Source of the DNA: Chiloscyllium plagiosum
Taxonomy: Eukaryota
DNA: 64,000 nucleotides
Direction of reading: 5' to 3'
Assembly: GCF_004010195.1 (NCBI RefSeq)
Contig: NC_057718.1
Span: 89,605,800-89,669,799, forward strand
Shown here: positions 50,001 to 62,000 of the stretch, one piece after another
Numbering within the stretch: the first letter of the stretch is position 1
How the letters are laid out: each line of letters starts with the position of its first letter
Program-made: the position numbers and the translations under genes
Notes under the pieces: generated by a model
The model's input: only the letters and a program-made list of their open reading frames with translations
What the model was told of the DNA's origin: nothing
Databases searched by the model: none

Positions 50001-53000
50001 GTGACAGCCAGTGACAGGAGTGGAACAGGATGGTGGCCTAGTACAGAGCGTGGTGATAGCCAGTGATAGGAGTGGAACAGGGTGGTGGCCTAGCACAGAG
50101 CGTGGTGACAGCCAGTGACAGGAGTGGAACAGGGTGGGGTCTAGCACAGAGCATGGTGACAGCCAGTGATAGGAGTGGAACAGGGTGGGGCCTAGCACAG
50201 AGCGTGCTGACAGCCAGTGAGTGGAGTGGAACAGGGTGCTGGCCTAGTACAGAGCGTGGTGACAGCCAGTGACAGGAGTGGAACAGGGTGGTGGCCTAGT
50301 ACAGAGCGTGGTGATAGCCAGTGATAGGAGTTGAACAGGATGGTGGCCTAGTACAGAGCGTGGTGACAGCCAGTGACAGGAGTGGAACAGAGTGGTGGCC
50401 TAGTACAGAGCGTGGTGACAGCCAGTGACAGGAGTGGAACAGGGTGGGGCCTAGCACAGAGCGTGGTGACAGCCAAGGACTGGAGTGGAACAGGGTGGTG
50501 CCCTAGTACAGCGGTGTCTTCCAGGGACTGAAGTGGAATGGGGGTAAGCGGCCTAGTACAGAGGTGGCAGCCAGTGATTTGAGTGGAACGGTAGTGGGGG
50601 GAGGGCCTCGTACAGTGGTGGCAGCCAGCGGTCAGACCACATGGAGCCCCCATGCGCTGTTTTCTTCACTTCGTTATTCTGTAACTAAGGATAGTACCTG
50701 GATACGTTTGTAACTAAGATGGCGCTTTAAGTAGTGGCTTATAAACTTTTCACTGTACTCATTTGAGTGCATGTGACAAGAAAACTAATTCAATTCAATC
50801 CAATTTAATTCATGTGTCCATAACTTCAGTTGGCTATACCACAAACTCTGGACTTCCCTCCCTGCATCTCTTCGTCTCTCTCCCTCCCCTTCCACCTTTA
50901 ATTTATACCTTTCAACCTTCTTTTGCTCTAACAAAGTTCTTATTCGCCTGATCTAATATCTCTTTATGTAGTTTGGTGTCATACTTTGTTTCCTAACCCT
51001 TCTGTGAAGTACCCTGGGATATTTCATGACGTGAAAGCTGCTATATAAATATAAATCATTGTTGTTGTACGGAGAGAAATCCGGAGATTAGGAGCAGGGC
51101 TCCGGAAGGCAGAGTCATCAGCATTGAGGTCATGGAAACCGGGGACGACAAAGAAGTGTTGAGATCTCAGAGACATATTGGACTGCAAGAGGATATAGGT
51201 GGTAGAGAACAGCCCGTGTGTGTGACCAAAAGGTGTGGAGAAGAACAAGCAGTGGTCCTTACAGCTAGGCCTTGATATCAACTTTTCTGGGCAGGGACTG
51301 TCAGCTCCTATAGAGTCATAGATTTATACAGCACAGAAACAGACCCTTAGATCCAACTCAGTCATGTTGACCAGATGTCCTAAATTAATCTAGTCCCATT
51401 TGCCACCATTTGGCCCCTATCCCTCTAAACCCTTCCTATTCGTATACCCATCCAGATGCCTTTTAAATACTGTAATTGTACCAGCCTCTACCACTTCCTC
51501 TAACAGCTCATTCCAGACATGCACCATCTTCTGCGTGAAAAAGTTGCCCCTTAGGCCCCTTTTATATCTTTCCCCTCTCTAGGTTTGGACTCCCCTACCC
51601 TGGGAAAATGACCTTATTTGCCATATCTATGCCCCTCATGAACCTCTATAAGATCACCCCTCAGCCTCCAACGTTCCAGGGAAAATAGCCTATTCAGACT
51701 CTCCCCATAGCTCAAACCCTCCAACCCTGGCAACATCTTTGTAAATCTTTTCTGAACCCATTCAAGTTTCACAATTTGTTTCCTGTAGCAGGGAGACCGG
51801 AATTGCACACACTATTCCAAAAGTGGCCTAACCAATGTACTGCCCAACTGTAACATGGCTTCCTAACTCTTATAGTCAATGCACTGACCAATAAAGGCAA
51901 GCATACCAATTGCCTTCTTCTCCATTTGTCTATCTGAGGCACCACCTTCAAGGAACTATGAACCTGCACTCCAAGGTCTCTTCATGCAGCAACACTTCCC
52001 AGGACCCTAAGTCCTGCCCTCATCTGCCTTTCCAAAATACACACTTCCCAATTATTTAAATTAAACTCCATCTGCCATTTCTCAGCCCATCTGGTCAACG
52101 CCCCAGAGTACTCTGAGGTAACCTTCTTCACTGTCCACTACACCTCCAATTTTGGTGTCGTCTGCAAACTCACTAACCATACCTCCCATGCTCAGACCTT
52201 ATGGCATCTAAACAGTGTGGTGCAGGAATGAGCTCCGACCAGATCACCTCCCGTGAGGAAACATTGTGTGGCTGCCCTGAAAGGTGATTGGCTAGTTAGA
52301 ATTGAAGGGTCAGTGGTCCAGTCTGCAGCACTGGTCAACAGGGTGGTTGCCAACTCTGCCTGAAACTGGCTTTGTTCAGCTCAGGCTCGACAACACCCAG
52401 TCTGACACTCTTGACATTTTTCTTCCTCTTCTGAAATGCCAGACAGTCATTTCCACACATCTCTCTCAGCAAGCTGGCTGCCACTTGAGCGGAAAGTTGT
52501 TTTCCTGGTGATACAGAGGATATCTATATCCCTGACAACAATCGAAAAACTGCTTTTCCATAGCACCTTGAACTATCCCATGATGCACCATGGCTGTACA
52601 GCAGACAAACTTTGACACCAAACCAAATAAGGAGGTGTTAAGGCACCACCAAGTACCCCAGGTAGCATTCCACCCCGACTCCCCCCACCAAATCCCACCT
52701 CCCTCCCAACTCCCACGGCTGGCACGGTGGCTCAGTGGTTAGCACTGCTGCCTCACAGCGCCAGGGACCCAGATTCGATTCCGACCTGGGGCGACTGTCT
52801 GTGTGGAGTTTGCACATTCTCCCCGTGTCTGCGTGGGTTTCCTCCGGGTGCTCCAGTTTCCTCCCACAATCGAAAGACGTGCAGGTCAGATGAAGTGGCC
52901 GTGCTAAATTGCCCATAATGTTAGCTACGTTAGTCAGGGGTAAATATAGGGTAGGGAAATGAGTTTGGGTGGGTTACTCTTCAGAGGGTCAGTGTGGTCT

Positions 53001-56000
53001 TGTTCATAGAGTCATAGAGATGTACAGCACGGAAACAGACCCTTCGGTCCAACCTGTCCATGCCGACCAGATATCCCAACCCAATCTAGTCCCACCTGCC
53101 AGCACCCAGCCCATATCCCTCCAAACCCTTCCTATTCATATACCCATCCAAATGCCTCTTAAATGTTGTAATTGTACCAGCCTCCACCACTTCCTCTGGC
53201 AGCTCATCCCATACAGATACCACCCTCTGCGTTAAAAAGTTGCCCCTTAGGTCTCTTTTATATCTTCCCCTCTCACCCTAAAGCTATGCCCTCTAGTTCT
53301 GGAGTCCCCGACCCCAGGGAAAAGACTTTGTCCAATTATCCTATCCATGCCCCTCATGATTTTGTAAACCTCGATAAGGTCACCCCTCAGCCTCCGACAC
53401 TCCAGGGAAAACAACCCCAGCCTGTTCTTGGGCCAAAGGGCCTGTTTCCACACTGTAGGGAATCTAATCTAATCTAGAAAGCCCCAGTGTGGAAGAAGCA
53501 TCAATCCTTCCCTTAGTCCAATACATTCTAAAGTAGTCACAGTCTTCAAAGCCCCAGCTGGGAACTACCTAAGGTCAAGTAGTGCAGAAAACCTAAAGGT
53601 CAAGGGGCTGGGAAGCTGGGGATAGAATCCGCCCCAGTGATGCAGTCACATAAATATGTAGAATAGTTCATGGATTTCAGGATTCAGGTGTAAGCAGAGG
53701 TGGCTCAAGTGGAACAACCACAATCTGCTATTTTCAAATTAATGTATTTATAAATCAGCAACCAATTCTGCGACCACTACTCCAAACCAGGCCTGGAACA
53801 TTCAGAAATACAGTCAGAGTACAGTAAAATTTGAGCTATAGGGAGAGATTGAATGCGCGAGGGCTGTTTTCCCTGAGTGCTGGAGGCTGAGGGGTGACAT
53901 TACAGAGGTTTATAAAATCATGAGGGGCATGGATAGGGTAAATAGACAAGGTCTTTTCCCTGGGGTGGGGGAGTCCAGAACGAGAGGGCATAGGTCTAGA
54001 GTGAGAAGGGAAAGATATAAAAATGACCTAAGGGGCAGCTTTTTCACGCAGAGGATGGTGCGTGTATGGAATGAGCTGCCAGAGGAAGTGGTGGAGGCTG
54101 GTACAATTGCAACATTTCAAAGGCATCTGGATGGGTATATGAATAGGAAGGGTTTGGAGGAATATGGGCCAAGTGCTGACAAATGGGACTAGATTGGGTT
54201 GACATGGACAAGTTGGACCGAAGGGTTTGTTTCCATGCTGTACATCTATATGACTCTATGACTGTAAGTAGATTGTCTACAGTGAAGAGACTGGGAAGAG
54301 ATTAAGGAACACAGGACTTGAGTAGTTCTGAGAAAATGCGCACTTACAATGCATGAAGGAAGAGCACTGATTGGTTGGCAATTAGAGTCCAGGGGTATTC
54401 TTGCAAATTGGCCTGATGAGCTCAAGGTAAAAAGCTTTGATAAAGTGTGCACTTTCTCAGAAATAGAATAGATGCAAATATATAGACTCATTAAAGGGAG
54501 ATTAACCAATTTTAGTTGGGATGCATTGATTTAATGTTAGATTAAGTGGACATTATTAAAAATATAACCACAGTTATTTCCATTCCAAAGGATGCTGCTT
54601 TTTGAAAACTCTATGAAATGCTGATATGTTCTCTTTGGCATTTGGAAATTAGTTTCTCAAGAAACTGTTCAGTTAGTTTGCTTTGGGAAAACCCGTGTAT
54701 GAATCTCCATGAATAATTTGCTGATTGTCTCATTCTTGGAAATTATTTGATGAAAAGTACTTTCAAAATATAAGCACAATTTAAAATCCTACGTAGCTGT
54801 AGATATTGTTTACTATTACAATAGCTTTTCTTTGTATCAAATGATGATTTAAGAAAGCAGAGTTTTCAAAAAAAGAAAACAAAAAAATTAAAAATGCAAC
54901 CATAAGAAGTCCTCAGGGTCTTTTAATATGGTTTTAGCATTAGCAGTATCTGGCACATTAGCAATGTGCTAAAGGAGATATATATTCCTGTATTCCTGAT
55001 GAAGGGCTTCTGCCCGAAACGTCGATTTTACTGCTCATCGGATGCTGCCTGAACTGCTGTGCTTTTCCAGCACCACTCTAATCTAGACTAAAGGAGTTTT
55101 ATGGCTATATACACATTATTGTCATGTTCACAGGATGTAAGTCAGAGATTCCCTACATTGTGAAAGTAAGCCAATCAAACTGACAAACTGAAGAGTATCC
55201 CGCCCAGCCCCCTACCCTATATTTACCATTTCCTGAAGAAGGGCTCATGCCCGAAACGTCGATTCTCCTGCTCCTTGGATGCTGCCTGACCTGCTGCGCT
55301 TTTCCAGCAACACATTTTCAGCTCTGATCTCCAGCATCTGCAGTCCTCACTTTCTCCTATATTTACCATGGCCAATCCACCTAAACTGCACACCTTTGGA
55401 CTGTGGGAGGAAACCGGAGCACTCGGAGGAAACCCACGCAGACACGGGGAGAATGTGCAAACCCCATACAGACAGTCGCCTGTGGCTGGAATTGAACCCA
55501 GGTCCCAAGGGGTGTCAGTGCCAAACACTGAGCCACCGTGACACCCTAAATGGCTGTGTTTATTATCTCATCAACCTGTAAGTGGAGAGAAGATATTTCC
55601 ACTTGGACATAACACCAACCTGAGCCAAACAGCCTGTTTCTGTGCTGTAAATTCAAAAACACTGTATGATAAATCTGACAGTATAAACGTGTACCAGAAT
55701 CGAGGTAGTCCTGAATGTACGGGGCAGCCAAGCACATCAGAGAAGTCCCAAGTTCAAAGTGAGGGTTCACATACTGCTCTGAGGGATGAGAGAGGTTTAC
55801 CTGCCTGCCTTAGCCACGGTAGGTACTGCTGGCTGAGACTGAACCTTCAATGACGTTCCTGAATTTGAAGAAATTCTCCATCAACAGGCATCTCAGAAAC
55901 AGCCTGCCCTTCGAATGCATCTATCTCACACCCTCATGAGAACCCAGATCACTTTCCAGCAATTAATTATTCTTTGAAACGTTGGCATGATTTCACAAAT

Positions 56001-59000
56001 GAATGCCTGCCTAATTGTCTTGTTGGGTGACGAAGGGGAGGTGCTATAGATTAAGGGTTAAATGTTAGATTAGATTCCCTACAGTGTGGAAACAGGCCCT
56101 TCGGCCCAACAGGTCCACACTGACCCTCCGAAGAGTAACCCACCCAGACCCATTCCACTACCTTTACCCCAGACTAATATACGTAACATGATGGGCAATT
56201 TAGCATGGCCAATTCACCTGACCTGCACTTGTCTGGATTGTAGGAGGAAACCAGAGCAAACCCACACAGACACAGGGGCGAACATGCAAACTCCAGACAG
56301 ACAGTCACCCAAGGTGGGAATGGAACCTGGGTACCTAGCGCTGTGAGGTAACAGTGCTAACCACTGTGCTAACCATTTCCCACAAATGTCGGCCAGCATC
56401 TTGAGACACATCCACTGAGGCCCAGGGGTCTCAGAGTAATGCCTTACCTAAAATACAGCACCACCCTCCCTGACAATGCAGCACTCCCTCAGTACTGAAG
56501 CTAATAGCGCACTCAACTTCTGGACAATGGGGTTGGGATTTGTCCCGGTTACTTGCACTGACTCTGCCTGGAAGACCTCTTGAATAAAGCTGGACTCCCA
56601 CTGGTTTGATAGTGGCTGAAAGGGGTCATCATAGAAGAGCTGAGCTCAGAAGAGGGCAATCACGATTAAACACATTCTTACAAAACTAGCTAGCCCCATT
56701 CTGCGGCTCTTTCCCCACATACTTATAATCTTTCTCTCCTTCATGCCTTTATTCAATTCCATTTGAAGGTGACTATTGAATTTGCATCCACAGTCTATCA
56801 AACACAGCATTCCTTAGCCTTTCACTTGTGTTTTTATAGCACCGTTGCCCATGTTGCCTCTCTCTTTTTTAACCAATCCCCTTAAGTCTGGGTCTTCTGG
56901 TTGCTCACCCATCATCTGTTGGAGATTATTTCTCTTTATGGACTTTATTCAAACCCTTCATAATTTTACAATCTCCCCTTTCCTTTCTCTGCTCTAAGAA
57001 CAGTAATCCCAGCTTCTCCAGTCTATCTACATAACCTTAAAACCTTATCCATTGTATTATTTTCACATCAAACCATGTGAGTAAATCTCTGCTGCACACT
57101 CTTCAAAGTCTTTATGGCCATCCTAAATCCACAGGATGTTACGGTCATCCTAAATCCCTTTGGAATTCCAGGAGATTTCCAACCTGATAATACTGTCAGG
57201 TTTAGATGGAGCTTCAAACTAACCAAGAGCCAAAGTCAGGTACCTTCAGGATCGAGGATCCTCGGAATTCCCAGGTGATTTTCAGCGATGGAGAAAGCAC
57301 TTTCCAAGTTTTCCCGGTTCGACCGGCTCCGGACCTTCTCCAAGTCTGTCAGATCCGGGCGGATAGCGTGAATGACGGAATGAAAGGCGAATCCATTCCT
57401 CCAGCTCTGCCCAAAATCCTTCACCTCGATACCAATTCGCCTTCAAAACAGACAGCACGCGCTTGTGAGCAGCCACGTTACATTAGAACACTTGAGGTGA
57501 AACCCTACAGGGGTCAAAGGTCAGAGGGCAGAGCGCAAAGAGTAGAGTCATAATCCACAACAAAGCTCCCCCCCAACCACCGGATTTCTAAAGGCTGGAA
57601 ACCAGCCCCAGTGATGGAGGGGGTTGCAGATCAGATCTACTGAAATTTACTAGCTTCCCCATGACCTTCCTTGACTGTTACAAACAGCCACTGTCCAGTG
57701 AATTTGTCCACATCCTCACAAAGGGTTGGAGCTTAGGAGAATCCCTGGGCCATCCTAGAATTCTGATGGGAGCTGAAAACCCATCCACTGGGTATCAGGA
57801 AGACTCCATTCGGAGGTCTTTTCAACCTCAACACTCTCAGGAATCTTTAAAGAAGCAGCTTTTGTTGTTTACACTGCCCTGCCTTCTCTAATCTAATAGT
57901 GAGCTCAAAGACAAGGCACCATTCCCACAAATAGGAGCTGCTTCAAGCCGACCACAGTCACTAACGCCTCCGCACGCTCCATTTAAAGTCAAATTGAAAG
58001 CTGTGCATCCAAACTGGGAGTGGAGCCAGGCCATGCACCTAAAACAGTGCCACGGGCCTGCGTTACAGTTCCCTGGGTCCCCCCCCTCCGGCCCATTCCA
58101 GGACGTTTTCACAGAGCCAGGCATTGGGAATCCACACCCTGAGGCAGAAGTGGGTACTGCAGATGCTGGAGATTAGAGTCAAGGTTAAAATGCTGCTGGA
58201 AAAGCACAGCAGGTCAGGCAGCATCCGGGGAGCAGGGAAATCGACGTTTCGGGCAAAAGCCTTTTATCAGGAGCCCATTCCTGATGAAGGGCTTTTGTCC
58301 AAAACGTCGATTTTCCTGCTCCCCGGATGCTGCTGTGCTTTTCCAGCACCACTCTAATCTTGAATCCACACCCTGATGCAGCCAATACTCCATCCAGGTC
58401 TGAAGACCAATGAAAGAAAGCCCGGTGGGATCCTTCCATTCAGCCTGCAAGGTTCCCACAGGCCATAGGACAGGTTTAGTCACTCAGAGGCAGGCCTCAC
58501 TCACACCCTGGATGTTCCCTTTGTCCTCTCCCAAAGGGATGGCCTGGCTGGACATTCACTCATGGATTGAGGACATCATTGGCAAGGCCTGCATTTATTG
58601 TCCATGCTTAATTGCCAATTAAGAGTCAACCAAATCGCTGTGGCTCTGGGGTGACATGTAGGCCTGACCAGGTCAGGATGGCAGCTTCCCTACCCTAAAG
58701 GTCATAGAGAACCGGGTGGGTCTTTACAACAATTGTTAGATGCTCGCCATTAGACTTCCTGTTTTAAAAGTCAAGGGGGAGAAATTGAGGACTGCAGATG
58801 CTGGACACCGCAATCAAAAAGTGTGGTGCTGGAAAAGCACAGCCGGTCAGGCAGCATCTGAGGAGCAGGAGAGTCACCGTTCTGAGCATAAGCCCTTCAT
58901 CAGGAATGTCTGATGAAGTGCTTATGCTTGAAATGGCGATTCTCCTGCTCCTTGGATGCTACCTCACTAGCTGTGCTTTTTCAGCACCATACTTTTTGAC

Positions 59001-62000
59001 TTTAAAAATCAAGGCCCAATTTGAAATTAGAGAACAAAATCCGGGCTGTAGGGTGCCCAGGCGAAAGATTGGGTGTGAGGGCGCTTTAAAAGCACATGAG
59101 CTTTTTTTGGGAGGGGTCAGGTGTCAGTGGCACAGACTAATCCAGCTCAGAGACCCGATCGCTGAGGCCGACAGAGCCTGCCTGCCTTCAATTGTCTCTT
59201 GTAGCCCTCAGTGTTTGAACCTCTCCTCCCACCAGGCCCACTCAACAACTCTCCCCCACTCCCACCATCTCCACAAGCTTCAGTCTGGCCTCGCACCAAG
59301 TATGAAGCATTAAATGGGCATCCCAAGCGGCAGCAACACGTTTGGGACGGGCGACACAAATCACGGTGATAAAGAGCACAGAACAGTCCTGCACAGTAAC
59401 AGGCCCTTCGGCCCACCAAGCCTGCACTAACATGGGACACCTTTCTGCAACTATAAACCTCTTGCCTCCACACTATCCATATCTCCTGATGCTGCCTGCC
59501 TTGGTGTGCTCTTCCAGCCTCCAGCTTGTCTACTTTGGATTCCAGCACTTGCAGTTTTTCTTTGTCTCTATTCATGCACCTGTCGGGATGCCTCTTAAGT
59601 CTTGTATTGGCTTTCACCTCTGGCAGCACATTCCAAGCACTTACTGCCCTCTGTATAAAAAAAACCTGCCTCTCACATCTCCTTTAAATTTTCCCCCTTT
59701 TACCTTAAACCCATGCTGCCAAATATTGACATTTCTACCATGGGAGAAAGATTCCATCTGAGGTCCTGGGGAGTGTTGCTGAACAAAGAGACCTTGGAAT
59801 GCAGGTTCATAGCTCCTTGAAAGTGGAGTCACAGGTAGATAGGATAGTGAAGGAGGCGTTTGGTATGCTTTCCTTTATTGGTCAGAGTATTGAGTACAGG
59901 AGTTGGGAGGTCATGTTGCAGCTGTACAGGACATTGGTTAGGCCACTGGAGGCTGAGGGGTGACCTTATAGAGGTTTATAAAATCATTAGGGACATAGAT
60001 AGGGTAAATAGGAAAGGTCTTTTTCCTGGGGTGTGGGAGTCCATAACTAGAGGGCATAGGTTTAGGGTGAGAGGGAAAAGATAGAAAAGGGACCTAAGGG
60101 GAAACTTTTACATGCAGAGGGTGGTAGGTGCATGGAATGAGCTGCCAGAGGATGTGGTGGAGGCTGGTACAATTACAACATTTAAAGGCATTTGGATGGG
60201 TATATGAATAGGAAGGGTTTAGAGGGATATGGGCCGGGTGCTGGCAAATGGGACTAGATTGGGTTGGGATATCTGGTCGGCATGGACGGGTTGGACCAAA
60301 GGGTCTGTTTCCATGCCGTACATCTCTATGATTCCATGACTCTTCTGATCCTGACCGTGCCTTTCGTAATTTTGTAAATTTCTATCAGGTCTCCCCTCTG
60401 CCTCCGACGTTCAAGAGAAAACAAAGCAGGTTTGTCCAATCTCTCTTCGTTACAAATACCCTCCAAACCAGGCAACATCCTGGTAAATCATTTCTGTACC
60501 CTCACTAAAGCCTCCACAGGCTTCTGATTTGAATCAGTCCATAAAGGGTTTGAATATTTTGTCACAGCCCAAGCAGGGAGAGAAGGGAAATAGAAAACAA
60601 TGATATTTGGAAATGAATGTACATTGAAGGGCTCCATTGAAGGATACAGCCCTTGTCAGACCATAATGTCTCACTCATACATCTTACCAGTTCTTCCTTC
60701 TGGGAGAACGTGATTTTCGCCTGAAATTAATTTGTCTCACTGATGCAAGGTTGGACACATGCATGACTTTCAACCGGGGGAATTAGGAGGTGTTTAGATT
60801 AGATTACTTAAAGTGTGGAAACAGGCCCTTTGGCCCAACAAGTCCACACCGACCCGCCGAAGTGCAACCCACCCATTCCCCTACATTTACCCCTTTACCT
60901 AACACTACGGGTAATTTAGCATGGCCAATTCACCTGACCTGCACATCTTTGGACTGTGGGAGGAAGCCGGAGCACCCGGAGGAAACCCACGCAGACACGG
61001 GGAGAACGTGCAAACTCCACACAGTCAGTCGCCTGAGTCGGGAATTGAACCCAGGTCTCTGGCATTGTGAGGCAGCAGTGCTAACCACTGTGCCACCGTG
61101 CCACCCACAACTGAGTTGCCTCAACTGAGGCCAGATCTTATCCAGCTAAGAATAATATCAGAACATCAGTCATTTGGGAACAAAGACATTTTGGTACCAA
61201 ACTAGGAAGGCTGAAGCAGGAGCAGCTCAGATTCCACATCCTCCATTTTCCAACTTCCAATGAAATGACAGTTGATCTGTGGCCTAACTCCATGTAGCCA
61301 CATTCCACTTGGGAAAGGGTGATTTCAATCTCAGCTCTAGTCCCGCGGCCGTAGTGGAGGGATGATGTTGGCAGGGGTGGGAGGGCACTGAGATTGCTTT
61401 TCCCACACTCTGATCATGACTTTGCCATTTTCTGAGCAGGGGGATGGGGAGTTTGAATCAAATTACCTCCCACAGAAAAGTGGCAAGTGTCAACTGGAAG
61501 TAATACCACAGCCAGGCCCTTAGCATCTCCAAACTCCACATGCTTCCCCAGACCAGACACTGAGCACTAGTGACAGAGAGTGGAAGAGAGGGAAGTCAGG
61601 CAGACAATGTAGGAAAGGAAAGATAGATAGACAGATAGACAGACAGCCAGACATATAGTTGGATAGAGACAGACAGATGAAGATGGAAAGCAAGCAATGG
61701 AGGTAGAGAGAGGGAGGTGAAGAGAAATATAGACAGAGACAGAAATGGAGATAGAGAGAGAGGGAGAGATAGAGAGACAGAAAGAGAGAAGGAGTGATTT
61801 AGAGATAGAGAGAGATAGAAAGTGCAAGAACTAAAGGAAAAGAGAGCAAGAAAGAGCTAGAGAGAGAGAAAGAGAGTAGGCTGCATTTTCCATCCGTGAG
61901 TGAGAAGTAAAAGTTGGGACTGTTTCTGGGTCCCGAACCTTGGGTGGTAAATGGTCAATAACTGGGATATTCAATAGGGCATCACCTTCATTGACATAGC

